From positions 1 through 64,000 of the IMG/VR virus record IMGVR_UViG_3300021401_000004: a stretch of DNA of 64,000 bases; one strand, given 5' to 3'. Below, piece after piece: positions 10,752 to 20,738 of this stretch; position 1 is the first letter of the stretch, and every line of letters starts with the position of its first letter. A model generated the notes under the pieces. The model made no database searches. It was given only the letters and a program-made list of their open reading frames with translations, and had not been told where the DNA came from. A program made the position numbers and the translations under genes. This stretch comes from a virus.

Positions 10752-11513
10752 ATGGATCGGGCGGAGTTCGATCAGAGTCTCGAAAAGTTCAAGAAGCTAG
10801 ATAGCGGGCGCTTTCCCCGTGTGGAACTTCATCCCGTTCTGGATGAATCGGAAATCGATGTTACATACAACACAATATACCTCCTGCATACGGGTTGGGC
10901 GGCCAGAGTCTTGGCCCAAACATTGCCCGAGCATCATGTGGATATTGGAAGTTGTTCGTACTTCGTAACCCTAGTATCCGCGTTCTTGAATCTTACAGCC
11001 TACGATCTCCGCCCGATGAAAATTCCTTTGCCGGGGTTTAAGACGGGCATTGCGGATTTAACCAATATCCGTTTTCCGGATAATTCGGTAAAGTCTCTAT
11101 CGTGTATGCACGCAATGGAGCACGTCGGTCTCGGTCGTTATTACGACAAGATCGATCCAGACGGCGATCTCAAGGCGGCTCGTGAATTACAGCGGGTTTT
11201 GGCTCCGGGCGGCGACCTCCTGATTGTCTTGCCGATGGGGGTTCCGAAGCTGGTATTTAATGCTCACCGGATTTACTCCTACGAACAAGTTTTGTATATG
11301 TTCTCCGGCTTGCACCTAAAGGAGTTTTCGTTCGTTCCATCAGAGCAACCACAGAAATTTATTCAGGGCGCTGATCCCCGCATCGCTGAGGACGTAGACG
11401 AAGGCGCAGGTTGTTTTTGGTTCACTAAGCATGCTCGTTCAGATATCAGGAATCCCGCAGCCCAGCAAGGGCAAGATTTGTTTGGTGACCCCGCCTTCTG
11501 GATTCCTGCTTGA
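10752..11513 (+). CDS. DUF268-like class I SAM methyltransferase
   Basis: HVDIGS, SCMHAMEHVGLGRY, RVLAPGG, FNAHRIY. Confidence 0.8.
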   Translation: MDRAEFDQSLEKFKKLDSGRFPRVELHPVLDESEIDVTYNTIYLLHTGWAARVLAQTLPEHHVDIGSCSYFVTLVSAFLNLTAYDLRPMKIPLPGFKTGIADLTNIRFPDNSVKSLSCMHAMEHVGLGRYYDKIDPDGDLKAARELQRVLAPGGDLLIVLPMGVPKLVFNAHRIYSYEQVLYMFSGLHLKEFSFVPSEQPQKFIQGADPRIAEDVDEGAGCFWFTKHARSDIRNPAAQQGQDLFGDPAFWIPA

Positions 11514-12879
11514 CCAGAGAGTTTTCGTCAGTCTCGGAATTTTGAAGATCGGCGCGGTTCTTGAGCAAGCGGGCTGGGAAGTCGATCACCTGGATTTAAC
11601 GGGCGTCGCGAACTACGAAGAAGCGGCAGCGGATTATAAAGGCTGCGAGCTATTCGCGATAACGGCAACTACCCCGCAGATTCCCGCAGCAGTAAGAATA
11701 CGGAAAGTCTTGAAAGGCAAGACGATCCTTGGTGGCCCGCACCCGACCTTGGTACACGCGGCGGTAAAAAGAGGAAATCAACGGGCGCTCGCCGCCTTGG
11801 ATTTCCTGATGCAGAACTTTGATACGGTTGTCGCGGGCGACGGCGAGAAGTCAATCTTTCGGGCAATTCGGGAATACGGGCTGATTGACGCCGACGATCC
11901 GAAGTCAGATTTGTGGGTATCTTCGAAAGAATTTTCTGAGTCACCGTTGCCCGCAAGACATTTAGTGGACATGGCAAGCTACCACTATACGGTAGACGGC
12001 GAGAAAGCAACGAGCGCGGTGTTTCAACTTGGCTGCCCTTTCGAATGCGGTTTCTGTGGCGGGCGATTCTCCCCGATGCTTCGCAGGATCAGAAGCCGGA
12101 CGGCGGACAGCGTAGTCGCCGAGATGCTCGCGATCAACGAGAAGTACGGGCTTCGCGGGCTTATGGCCTACGATGACGAACTGAACGTCAACAAAGGTTT
12201 GGTTGATCTTTGCCAGAAGATTAAAGCCACAAGCATTGACTGGCGGCTTCGCGGGTTTGTGAAAGCCGAGTTGTTCAACGAAGAACAAGCGAAGGCAATG
12301 TACGACGCGGGTTTCCGTTGGCTGCTATGCGGCTTTGAATCCGCTCACCCGAGAATCCTGAAGAACATTAACAAGAAGGCGTCGCTCGAAGATAACACCC
12401 GAATGCTTCGAACAGCCCATAAGTACGGGCTGAAAGTAAAGGCCCTGATGAGTTTCGGGCATCCGGGGGAGAGTGAAGAAACAATCCTCGCAACCCGAGA
12501 TTGGCTGCTCGCGGAAAAGCCCGATGACTTCGATTGCACGGTAATCACGACGTATCCCGGAACCCCATATTGGGATAACGCGGTATTGGTAAAAGAACCT
12601 GTTTACCGATACGAGTTTAACGGCGATGCTTTGTACATGGAAAACACCGACCCGAACGCCGAGGTCGGGTATTACAAAGGGAAGCCTGGAGAATACAAAG
12701 CCTTCGTGTGGACGGATTATCTTTCGGCTCCCGAGCTTGTACGGTTAAGGGACGAAGTGGAATCTGAAGTTCGCGGGAAGTTGAATATTCCTTATCCAAC
12801 GGGCGCGGCGGCTTTGCAGTACGAACATTCGGTCGGACAACGGTTGCCCGCTAATATTCTGAAAACAGCACGACTATGA
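11431..12879 (+). CDS. B12-binding radical SAM enzyme (class B methyltransferase-like)
   Basis: N-terminal cobalamin-binding domain (LGILKIGAVL, ILGGPHPT, GDGE); GCPFECGFC; GFES; YPGTP. Confidence 0.9.
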   Translation: MLVQISGIPQPSKGKICLVTPPSGFLLDQRVFVSLGILKIGAVLEQAGWEVDHLDLTGVANYEEAAADYKGCELFAITATTPQIPAAVRIRKVLKGKTILGGPHPTLVHAAVKRGNQRALAALDFLMQNFDTVVAGDGEKSIFRAIREYGLIDADDPKSDLWVSSKEFSESPLPARHLVDMASYHYTVDGEKATSAVFQLGCPFECGFCGGRFSPMLRRIRSRTADSVVAEMLAINEKYGLRGLMAYDDELNVNKGLVDLCQKIKATSIDWRLRGFVKAELFNEEQAKAMYDAGFRWLLCGFESAHPRILKNINKKASLEDNTRMLRTAHKYGLKVKALMSFGHPGESEETILATRDWLLAEKPDDFDCTVITTYPGTPYWDNAVLVKEPVYRYEFNGDALYMENTDPNAEVGYYKGKPGEYKAFVWTDYLSAPELVRLRDEVESEVRGKLNIPYPTGAAALQYEHSVGQRLPANILKTARL

Positions 12880-13700
12880 CTCTACAGACAATTGACGCGG
12901 TTCGTGATTACTGGAACGCCCGCCCGTGTAATATTCGACATTCCCAGTTTCCGACCGATACGCTTGAATATCACTTCGAAGTTCAGGATCGAAAATACTT
13001 TGTCGAGCCTCATATTCCGGGCTTCGCCGAGTTCGGAAAGTGGACACGGAAGAAAGTACTAGAGATCGGTTGCGGAATTGGGACCGATGCAATCAACTTC
13101 GCGCAAGCGGGGGCTGAAGTAACCGCAATTGATCTGTCAGAAGAATCTTTAAAGGTTGCCCGTAAACGCGCCGAGCTAGTAGAAGTTGATATTGATTTTT
13201 GGCGAGTCAACGGCGAGGATTTTATCGGCACTCCTGCGGCCCACACGGGTCCTTACGATTTGATATACGCCTTCGGAAGCATCCACCACAGCCCGTCACC
13301 CGAAAAAATTCTGGATCAAATACGCCCGTACATTCGGAAAAGCGGCACGCTCAAGATCATGGTGTACAACAAGTATTCGTGGAAATCGCTCTGGATTCTG
13401 TTGAAATACGGGCACGGGCAGTTCTGGAAATTCAAAGAATTGGTCGCCCGATATTCAGAAGCACAGACGGGCTGTCCCGTCACTCACGTATATTCCAGAC
13501 GGGAATTGCGGGCGATGCTTGAACGAAACGGGTTCCACGTCAAGAAGATTTCCGTGGACCATATTTTCCCGTACGATATCGATGCTTATAAGCGGCACGA
13601 GTACAAGCTCGCCGCCCCGTGGAAATACTTTCCCGATAAGTTCCGTTTTTGGCTAGAGAAGAAAATCGGTTGGCATCTCTTGGCAGAGGCTACGGTATGA
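12876..13700 (+). CDS. Class I SAM-dependent methyltransferase
   Basis: VLEIGCGIG, IDLS, YDLIYAFGSIHH. Confidence 0.9.
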   Translation: MTLQTIDAVRDYWNARPCNIRHSQFPTDTLEYHFEVQDRKYFVEPHIPGFAEFGKWTRKKVLEIGCGIGTDAINFAQAGAEVTAIDLSEESLKVARKRAELVEVDIDFWRVNGEDFIGTPAAHTGPYDLIYAFGSIHHSPSPEKILDQIRPYIRKSGTLKIMVYNKYSWKSLWILLKYGHGQFWKFKELVARYSEAQTGCPVTHVYSRRELRAMLERNGFHVKKISVDHIFPYDIDAYKRHEYKLAAPWKYFPDKFRFWLEKKIGWHLLAEATV

Positions 13701-14659
13701 AAAGGATTCTTGTTACGGGCGCGGGCGGGTTCATTGGCTCTTGGTTGGTTAAACGGCTGAAGGCTGACGGGCACTGGGTCCGGGGCGTGGATTTGAAATA
13801 TCCCGAGTATGACGAATCGCCCGCAGATGACTTTCGGATCGCGGACTTACGAGTTTTCGACAATTGTTTGCGAGCAACCGAGGGAGTCCAAGAAGTCTTC
13901 AACCTCGCGGCTTGGATGGGTGGAATTGGTTTTATCACCGAGTACCTTGCAGACATAGCGGGAAACAACATTCGTATCAATATCAACATGCTTGATGCGG
14001 CGCGGATGTGGAAAGTAAAAAAGTTTTTGTTTTCGAGTTCCGCCTGCGTCTATGCCGCTGGCAAACAGCACGACGCGAATGTAACTCCGCTAAAAGAAGA
14101 AGATGCCTATCCCGCCGATCCCGAACCTGGGTATGGCTGGGAAAAGTTGTTCACCGAGGAACTTGCCCGCTACTACGCCAAAGATTACGGGCTAGATACT
14201 CGAATCGTTCGGTTCCATAATGTTTACGGGCCGCTTGGAACTTATGACGGCGGAAAAGAAAAAGCACCTGCCGCAATCTCGCGGAAGATAGCGGAAGCCG
14301 AAGACGGCGACACGATTGATGTTTGGGGCGACGGCGAACAGACCCGTTCCTTTATGCACGTCGATGATTGCTGCGAGGGCCTTGTACGGTTAATGGATTC
14401 GGACTACCGAAGCCCGTTGAATCTCGGGACCGAAGAACTTGTGACCGTCAATCAGTTGGTTGACAAGATCGCTAAGATTTCGGGCAAGACAATAAACGTC
14501 CGACACGACCTTTCAAAACCTCAAGGTGTACGCGGGCGGAATTCGGATAACACGCGACTCCGCGAAGTTCTTGGCTGGGAACCTAAGATCACGCTGGACG
14601 AAGGATTGATTCCGACGTACAAGTGGATCGAACAACAGGTGATCGCCCGCAATGGTTGA
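13697..14659 (+). CDS. NAD-dependent epimerase, GDP-mannose 3,5-epimerase-like
   Basis: TGAGGFIG, LAAWMGGIGFI, SSSACVY, YGWEK, EKAPAA, WGDGEQTRSF, GVRGRNSDN. Confidence 0.88.
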   Translation: MKRILVTGAGGFIGSWLVKRLKADGHWVRGVDLKYPEYDESPADDFRIADLRVFDNCLRATEGVQEVFNLAAWMGGIGFITEYLADIAGNNIRININMLDAARMWKVKKFLFSSSACVYAAGKQHDANVTPLKEEDAYPADPEPGYGWEKLFTEELARYYAKDYGLDTRIVRFHNVYGPLGTYDGGKEKAPAAISRKIAEAEDGDTIDVWGDGEQTRSFMHVDDCCEGLVRLMDSDYRSPLNLGTEELVTVNQLVDKIAKISGKTINVRHDLSKPQGVRGRNSDNTRLREVLGWEPKITLDEGLIPTYKWIEQQVIARNG

Positions 14660-15848
14660 GAATGTGGCAGTCATCGGTCTTGGGAAGCTTGGAGCGCCCC
14701 TCGCGTGTTGCTTAGCCAGCAAGGGCTTTCATGTCGTCGGTGTTGACGTAGACAAGAAAAAAGTTGACGCGATCAACGACCGACGAGCGCCCGTTGAAGA
14801 AACAAGTTTGGATTTGATGATAAGTCAACTGCCCGTAGGGATTCTTCGGGCGACTAGCAGCATCGCCGAAGCAGTCCGTTTTGCGGACGTAACTTTCGTA
14901 GTCACCGCGACGCCGAGCAATCCTGACGGGCGATTTTCGCTCGAATATATTTTGCCCGTATGTGAAGAAATCGGGCGAACGCTGGCGAAGTCGAAGCTCG
15001 CATTTCATCCCGTAGTCATAACGAGCACCGTTATGCCCGGCGATACCTGGGGGCCGATTCGCGAGACTCTTGAGAAATATAGCGGGCGAAAATGCGGCGA
15101 ATCTTTCGGATTAGCTTACAACCCAGAATTTATCGCACTCGGAAGCGTGATCCACGACTTCCTGAATCCGGATTTTGTTTTGCTCGGGGCGAGCGATCCG
15201 TTAACCGAAGCCCGAGTCAGTTCGGTGTACGAGAAGATTTCGGACGCCCCCGTTTACAGAACGTCCATCGTTAACGCCGAGTTGACGAAGCTCGCAATTA
15301 ACAGCTACATCACGACAAAGATTTCGTTCGCGAACATGCTGTCCCGAATCTGTAACGATATTCCCGGTGCAGATGTGGACGCCGTGACCCAAGGAATGGG
15401 CATGGACTCCCGCATCGGTAATAAGTACCTGAAGGGCGGTGTTTCGTTCGGGGGCCCGTGCTTTCCTCGCGACAACCGGGCGCTTGCGACCCTCGGGCAA
15501 AGTTTCCCGCTCGTTATTGATAGTTTCAATCGGGCACAGATTACTTGGCTGGCGGGCGTCGTCAAACAGCACACCAAGAAGTGCGTTAATATTCTTGGAT
15601 ACCCCTATAAGGTAGGGACCAAGATTGATACGGAGTCTGCGGGCGTTGCTTTATATGAAGCACTCGATACTCCGGGATACAGTTCGTTTTCCGTATCGGA
15701 CACGGTAGTGGTAATGCTGCCCGACCCAGAGTTCAAAAATTTAGATTTTACGGGCAAGACGGTGATTGACCCGTGGCGTTTTCTTAAACACTTGGCTGAC
15801 GATCCTTCCGTCAATTACGTCCCGTTGGGCATAGGACCCAGTGAATAA
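14652..15848 (+). CDS. UDP-glucose/GDP-mannose dehydrogenase family
   Basis: IGLGKLG, YNPEF, AELTKL, KISFAN, FGGPCFPRD. Confidence 0.9.
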   Translation: MVENVAVIGLGKLGAPLACCLASKGFHVVGVDVDKKKVDAINDRRAPVEETSLDLMISQLPVGILRATSSIAEAVRFADVTFVVTATPSNPDGRFSLEYILPVCEEIGRTLAKSKLAFHPVVITSTVMPGDTWGPIRETLEKYSGRKCGESFGLAYNPEFIALGSVIHDFLNPDFVLLGASDPLTEARVSSVYEKISDAPVYRTSIVNAELTKLAINSYITTKISFANMLSRICNDIPGADVDAVTQGMGMDSRIGNKYLKGGVSFGGPCFPRDNRALATLGQSFPLVIDSFNRAQITWLAGVVKQHTKKCVNILGYPYKVGTKIDTESAGVALYEALDTPGYSSFSVSDTVVVMLPDPEFKNLDFTGKTVIDPWRFLKHLADDPSVNYVPLGIGPSE

Positions 15849-16474
15849 TGCTTATATACATAATTCATTGTCTCGCAAACGGGAAATACTATGTTGGGCA
15901 GACGACTAAAAGCGATCTGCAAAAATATTTGCGTCAAAAATATAGCAGCGCCCATCACGCCAAGAAAAATCGGGATAATCACTTGTATAAGGCTTTGCGG
16001 AAATATCCGATTGAGTCTTTTTTCATAGAGCCTCTGGTTTGTAATGTGCTGACACAAGATGATTTGAACAATTTGGAACAGTTGTGGATAGCCTGCTTAG
16101 ATGCCCGCAACCCCAAAATAGGAATGAACACTGCTATTGGTGGATATTCAGGAAGCACGGGCATGAAGGCTTCCGAGGATACAAAGAAAAAGCTTAGGGA
16201 ATCTCATCTGGGACAACCGGGGTTTTGGACAGGGAAAAATCTTTCCGAAAGCCACCGAGAGAAACTTAGAATTTCTCATTTGAAGTTTGTTCCACCAAGC
16301 GGGGATGTCAAGTGGTGCTCCCGATGCCAACGATTTGTTGATAAAAACCTGAGCAGTAAAACTGTTCGAGGCTACTGCCGTCCGTGCCAAAGTGCGTATG
16401 CTAAAGAGAGATATGCAAAAAACAAGGCAGCTAATAGCGATAGTAACTTGCAGGAACCATTTATATCCAACTAG
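15848..16474 (+). CDS. GIY-YIG homing endonuclease with NUMOD3
   Basis: LIYII..NGKYYVGQT, LEQLWI, SEDTKKKL, SESHREKL. Confidence 0.85.
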   Translation: MLIYIIHCLANGKYYVGQTTKSDLQKYLRQKYSSAHHAKKNRDNHLYKALRKYPIESFFIEPLVCNVLTQDDLNNLEQLWIACLDARNPKIGMNTAIGGYSGSTGMKASEDTKKKLRESHLGQPGFWTGKNLSESHREKLRISHLKFVPPSGDVKWCSRCQRFVDKNLSSKTVRGYCRPCQSAYAKERYAKNKAANSDSNLQEPFISN

Positions 16475-17108
16475 CGACCGAATAAAAACTATTCTTGAGA
16501 CGTGGTATGCAACTTGGCTCCAAGGGTATTCGAGCGTAATTGATATTCGGTTTTTTGTCGGTCAAGGGCCAACTTGCCTTTCTGTTCCAGGACTAATTGA
16601 ACTCGACGCCCCAGACGACTATGCAGGGCTTCCGTGCAAAGTTCGTAAAATATGCGAATTTGCTTTGAAAGAGAATTATGATTTTGTCCAGAAAACGGAT
16701 GACGATTGCGTTATAAATTGGCCCAAATTTAAGGTCATCGAATCCGATTATGCTGGTATTCCGAAACCTGGAAATTATTGCGGGGGCGGGGCTTATTGGC
16801 TGTCTCGCCGATCAATGGGGCTTATTGCAGAACACGGGATTGACGATTGGGCGGAAGACAGAGGCGTAGGCACTCTTCTAGCAAAGCACGGCATTCAACT
16901 CAAGGATGCTTTGTACATCCAACCGGGAATAGGCATCGCTTCCGCTTACGGCTGCCAATGCGGTCTTCCCGCGTGTGTAGAGAAAAGCAGGAGGCCCGTG
17001 TGGGAGTATTTTCCAGACGCGGCGGTAATTACACAACTCTCGCCCGAACAAGTTAGAGCTTGCCACAGATTCTATGAAAATTCTAGTCGGCCTGACCACC
17101 GCCCGTAA
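16413..17108 (+). CDS. GT31-like glycosyltransferase
   Basis: DDYAGLPCKV, KTDDD, GGGAYWLS, AED. Confidence 0.8.
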   Translation: MQKTRQLIAIVTCRNHLYPTSDRIKTILETWYATWLQGYSSVIDIRFFVGQGPTCLSVPGLIELDAPDDYAGLPCKVRKICEFALKENYDFVQKTDDDCVINWPKFKVIESDYAGIPKPGNYCGGGAYWLSRRSMGLIAEHGIDDWAEDRGVGTLLAKHGIQLKDALYIQPGIGIASAYGCQCGLPACVEKSRRPVWEYFPDAAVITQLSPEQVRACHRFYENSSRPDHRP

Positions 17109-17742
17109 GTTTAAATATGCTGCGGGCGACCAAGCAGGGCACCGCGATAGCCCGACAAATCCCCGGATTCAGGCAGTCCTTGATACTTGGTTCAAAGCGT
17201 GGTCTGAGAAATATTCGGACAAGTTTGATGTTCGTCTTTTCGTAGGCACGGGCGTCCAAGAAGTCCGTTTTCCGAACTTGGTGGAACTCGACGCCCCAGA
17301 CGGGTACTACGACTTGCCCGCCAAAGTCAAAGCGATGTTTGCGTGGGCCTTGGACGCGGGCTACGACTACGTAGTGAAAATAGACGATGACTGCTATTTT
17401 CGCCCGTCAAACTTCCTGAAATTCTTCCAGCCCGTAGATTACTGCGGGTACGAACTAGAAAGCAATACATCGAAGTGGGCGAGCGGCGCGGCTTACGTAG
17501 TCAGTCGTCGGGCGATGCAACTCGTCGTTGATACGCCGTGGGACCCGACGTGGAACAGTGCAGAGGACCAGATGGCGGGCAGGATTCTTGCCGCTAACGG
17601 AATTCCGTTGGTTCACGATTATCGGTATCTCTGCTGTCACTGCGACACTTGCATAAAACGGTTCGGGCTTAATGATTTGATTACGATCCATACCCGAAGC
17701 CCGCAACAGATGTACGAGATTCATACGAAATTGGCTGGTTAA
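17074..17742 (+). CDS. GT31-like glycosyltransferase (paralogue)
   Basis: DGYYDLPAKV, KIDDD, SGAAYVVS, AED. Confidence 0.8.
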   Translation: MKILVGLTTARKFKYAAGDQAGHRDSPTNPRIQAVLDTWFKAWSEKYSDKFDVRLFVGTGVQEVRFPNLVELDAPDGYYDLPAKVKAMFAWALDAGYDYVVKIDDDCYFRPSNFLKFFQPVDYCGYELESNTSKWASGAAYVVSRRAMQLVVDTPWDPTWNSAEDQMAGRILAANGIPLVHDYRYLCCHCDTCIKRFGLNDLITIHTRSPQQMYEIHTKLAG

Positions 17743-17768
17743 GACTCTACAATTTTCTGGAGGCAATC

Positions 17769-18062
17769 ATGCCGAACATAAGCTCGGTTACACCTGCTGC
17801 TCTGATCCCGACTGCGAGAACCGCAGCGCCCGCAGCGGCGTCAAGCACCGCGAATCCGAATTTTCCCGCGACGATTATTACGTGGTCGTTGCCAAACACG
17901 CCCGTGACTCCGCAGGTCCAATCAAGTCAGTCGTTTTCAACGACGCAAGGGCAAGTATTCGCAGATTTTTGTTCGGGCCAGATCGTGACTCCTGCGGGCG
18001 ACATCACGGGTTCGCCTCTAGGGTACGCCCTCGTCGAGGGAACCCCGCACAACAACGATTAA
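17769..18062 (+). CDS. Hypothetical S/T/P-rich protein
   Basis: GGAGG RBS; 97 aa. Confidence 0.6.
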   Translation: MPNISSVTPAALIPTARTAAPAAASSTANPNFPATIITWSLPNTPVTPQVQSSQSFSTTQGQVFADFCSGQIVTPAGDITGSPLGYALVEGTPHNND

Positions 18063-18466
18063 TGTATTCGCTATTCTGTGACGGATCGTCCAAGCACGGT
18101 ACGGGCTATTTCGGGTACGTCCTGTTTAAGGACAAGATTGAAATAGATCGCGGCTGGGGGATGATCGGGCAAGGTATTAAGCCTAAAGTCGCGGAGAAGT
18201 ACGCGATCTGCTACGGTCTGGATTCCTTCGTACGGAAAATGGATTGTACTTGCCCGCTAAAAGTTTTCGGTGACGCTAAACAAGTCATCGAATCGGTTGA
18301 TAAAGATTCTGATATACGTCTTCGAACTGAAACTATTCGGGGGCTCGGAGTGCCCGTGGAATTCAAATGGATTTCCCGGAACTCTAACACATTGGCGAAC
18401 GATCTAGCCAGAAAAATGATCGAATATTTTCGGATCGCTGATAAGGGCCCGAAAATCGAAAGGTAG
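18062..18466 (+). CDS. RNase HI-like protein
   Basis: FCDGSS, AE, GDAKQV, WISRNSNTLANDLA. Confidence 0.8.
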   Translation: MYSLFCDGSSKHGTGYFGYVLFKDKIEIDRGWGMIGQGIKPKVAEKYAICYGLDSFVRKMDCTCPLKVFGDAKQVIESVDKDSDIRLRTETIRGLGVPVEFKWISRNSNTLANDLARKMIEYFRIADKGPKIER

Positions 18467-18469
18467 CTT

Positions 18470-19087
18470 ATGTCTTTTGTACAGAATCAGGCTCCAGTTC
18501 TTTTTAGCGCGATGACCTCCGCTTCGGGCACTTCTGCCCAGTTGTGGCAGGTTAGCGCCAACGGCGTAACGCAGGGTTTGACTGCGGGCAACTTCAACCT
18601 CGTGTCGGGCCCTTCCAACAACCTGAACGGTCGTAGGTTTAATATTACCTACGGCGGCTGGGTTAAGGCACATGGCGCGACGCAGGAAATCGCTTTTGGC
18701 TTGCAGATTTTCCCGTACAATACTTCGGTTTCGGGCGGCCCGACCGTAAGCGGCACCAACACTTTCACCGCCGTGAACTCCGGAGTTTTGGCTGCCGGAA
18801 CTTTCTACGATTACATTGTCAGCCAGGATTTCTTCGGCGAAGCTAACGCCAATACTCTGACTTGCTTTGCTCCCTCGGTGTACGTGGGCGGATCGCAGGT
18901 TGTGATTGCCAGCGTTGCGTCGGCGATTACCGTGGCGTTTAACGTTGCGTCGCAGACTGAGCCGATTACGGGCGAGAACAACACCACGGATTATCCGCTG
19001 GCGAATTTCACCCCGACGTTTGCTAACACTGTTTCGGACACTACCGAGACTTTGCAGTTGACCACGTTCAGCTTGACATTGGTGTAA
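18470..19087 (+). CDS. Putative virion structural protein
   Basis: 205 aa, S/T/G/A-rich with few charged residues; followed by a hairpin. Confidence 0.55.
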   Translation: MSFVQNQAPVLFSAMTSASGTSAQLWQVSANGVTQGLTAGNFNLVSGPSNNLNGRRFNITYGGWVKAHGATQEIAFGLQIFPYNTSVSGGPTVSGTNTFTAVNSGVLAAGTFYDYIVSQDFFGEANANTLTCFAPSVYVGGSQVVIASVASAITVAFNVASQTEPITGENNTTDYPLANFTPTFANTVSDTTETLQLTTFSLTLV

Positions 19088-19094
19088 TCGGGAA

Positions 19095-19123
19095 GCGGGC
19101 GGCTTCGGTCGCCCGCACTTCTT
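19095..19123 (+). terminator. Terminator-like hairpin
   Basis: GCGGGCGGC-TTCG-GTCGCCCGC followed by ACTTCTT. Confidence 0.55.
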
Positions 19124-19755
19124 AAAGGAGATTAGAAAATGGCTCGAAAGAAGGGCGACTACAGTATCGGCGCGAAACGAAAAGGTCATACTCATATCGA
19201 AAGCTATGAGAAAAAGACTAATTTCGGCGGAGTAGGAATGAAACGTGCTGGAAACCCGATGTATCAGGATGGTCGCGGGCAACAACAGAGTGGAATGAAT
19301 CCTGATTACGCTGGCGGAACCGATTCAGGCGCGACGGGGAATATTCCCGAGTAGTACGGAAAACGGATTGACAATGAATCTTGTGGAATCCCAACAGGAA
19401 ATGTTGGAACGGGAGAAAGTTGCCCGAAAGAAACGCAGGCAGAGAGCGGGTTCGAAACGAAAACGGACCCGCAAGTCTGTAAAAACTTTGCTCGTAAATC
19501 TGGCGGAACACGCCAAAGCTTCGGGTAAAGTTCGGGCGTGGGCAATTCAGCAACTACTACTACTTGGCGGAAAGCCCGTACAGCCCTTCGAGGAATCTTA
19601 TGACGAACCAGAATCAAAGCCCGAATCCGTTCCCGCCTTCCGAGGAGCCGATTTGGGACGCCCTGAAAGTGGGCTATCCGTGGGTACTGGAAACTGAAGG
19701 TTTGGACCCAAACGATACCCACATTAACGGGTCTTGCGTAGAGTGAAAAGACACT

Positions 19756-20169
19756 ATGAAAGTTCAAGTCTCGCGTAGCGTACTCAGTGGTTATCGTAAG
19801 CGGGCATTGAAAAAGTACCCCGACGAGTACATGGAATCGATCTTCGGGCGAGTTGACGGGCAGACGGTTTTGATATTGGCGTTCTACCCTATTGAGCACA
19901 AAGGCACGCCCGAAAAATGTGAGTACGATGCCGCGAGTGTTGACGAACAGAAAGACGGCGAGGATTGCCCGCCTAAAATGAAGTGGCTCGGAACGATCCA
20001 CTCTCATCCAGATGCGAGTGCCCAGCCGAGCGAAGCTGATTGGGAAACGGGCCGCATCGACGGCGAACTTATCAGCGGGATTTATCAAATTCTGCCGACC
20101 AGAGGAAAGCGGAAGACGGGCAAAGTTCGGTTCTATTCGGAACCCCTGCAAGAACTCGAAACGGTTTAG
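19756..20169 (+). CDS. JAB/MPN+ metallopeptidase
   Basis: YPDE glutamate and HSHP-x5-S-x2-D JAMM motif. Confidence 0.85.
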   Translation: MKVQVSRSVLSGYRKRALKKYPDEYMESIFGRVDGQTVLILAFYPIEHKGTPEKCEYDAASVDEQKDGEDCPPKMKWLGTIHSHPDASAQPSEADWETGRIDGELISGIYQILPTRGKRKTGKVRFYSEPLQELETV

Positions 20170-20249
20170 TACGGAAAATGGACAATGTACGAATTGATAT
20201 TCATTATACGACTCTGCTTCAAACTCGTTAAGTTTATTCGGGCCATCCT

Positions 20250-20738
20250 TTGAAGGAGATATACAAGGGATTGTATATCGGGAACGAAGACGACGTGCCC
20301 AAGGCCCGCGAACGAGGATTCGCAATCGTCTCCGCGTGCAAGGACGGAAAAACGTCCCATAGGCAGTTACTAGGATATGAAACTATGGGGGCACCGAGGG
20401 GCGACGAATATTTGGTTGCCCGCAGACCCCGGCATCTGTACCTGAATCTCATTGATACAGACCGCGCAGACTTCGTGCCAGACAAAATCCTCGACACGGC
20501 GTCAAGTTTTATTACAGAAAAACTTGACAAAGGTGAGTCGGTTCTTGTTCACTGCGTCGAAGGAAAAAGCCGATCCGCGAGCCTCGGCTTCCTGTGGATG
20601 TATGCAAACGGAAAGTTGCCCGCAGAATACCACAAGGCCGAGAAAAAATTCAGAAGCATTTATCCCGACTACGACCCTGCGCCCGGAATTAGACAGGCAG
20701 TCAAAACCAGAATTTCTAAGGTGAAACATGGCAAGTAA
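20250..20738 (+). CDS. Dual-specificity (CX5R) phosphatase
   Basis: LYIGN; VLVHCVEGKSRS. Confidence 0.9.
   Translation: MKEIYKGLYIGNEDDVPKARERGFAIVSACKDGKTSHRQLLGYETMGAPRGDEYLVARRPRHLYLNLIDTDRADFVPDKILDTASSFITEKLDKGESVLVHCVEGKSRSASLGFLWMYANGKLPAEYHKAEKKFRSIYPDYDPAPGIRQAVKTRISKVKHGK

Noticed and set aside
17769-18466. RNase H as part of a retroelement, DGR or retron
   Set aside because: No reverse transcriptase and no template/variable repeat pair is visible in the window.
18404-20325. Long antisense ORFs (also 50153-51190 and 59607-60431)
   Set aside because: They are shadows of motif-supported plus-strand genes, with no RBS or recognisable motifs.
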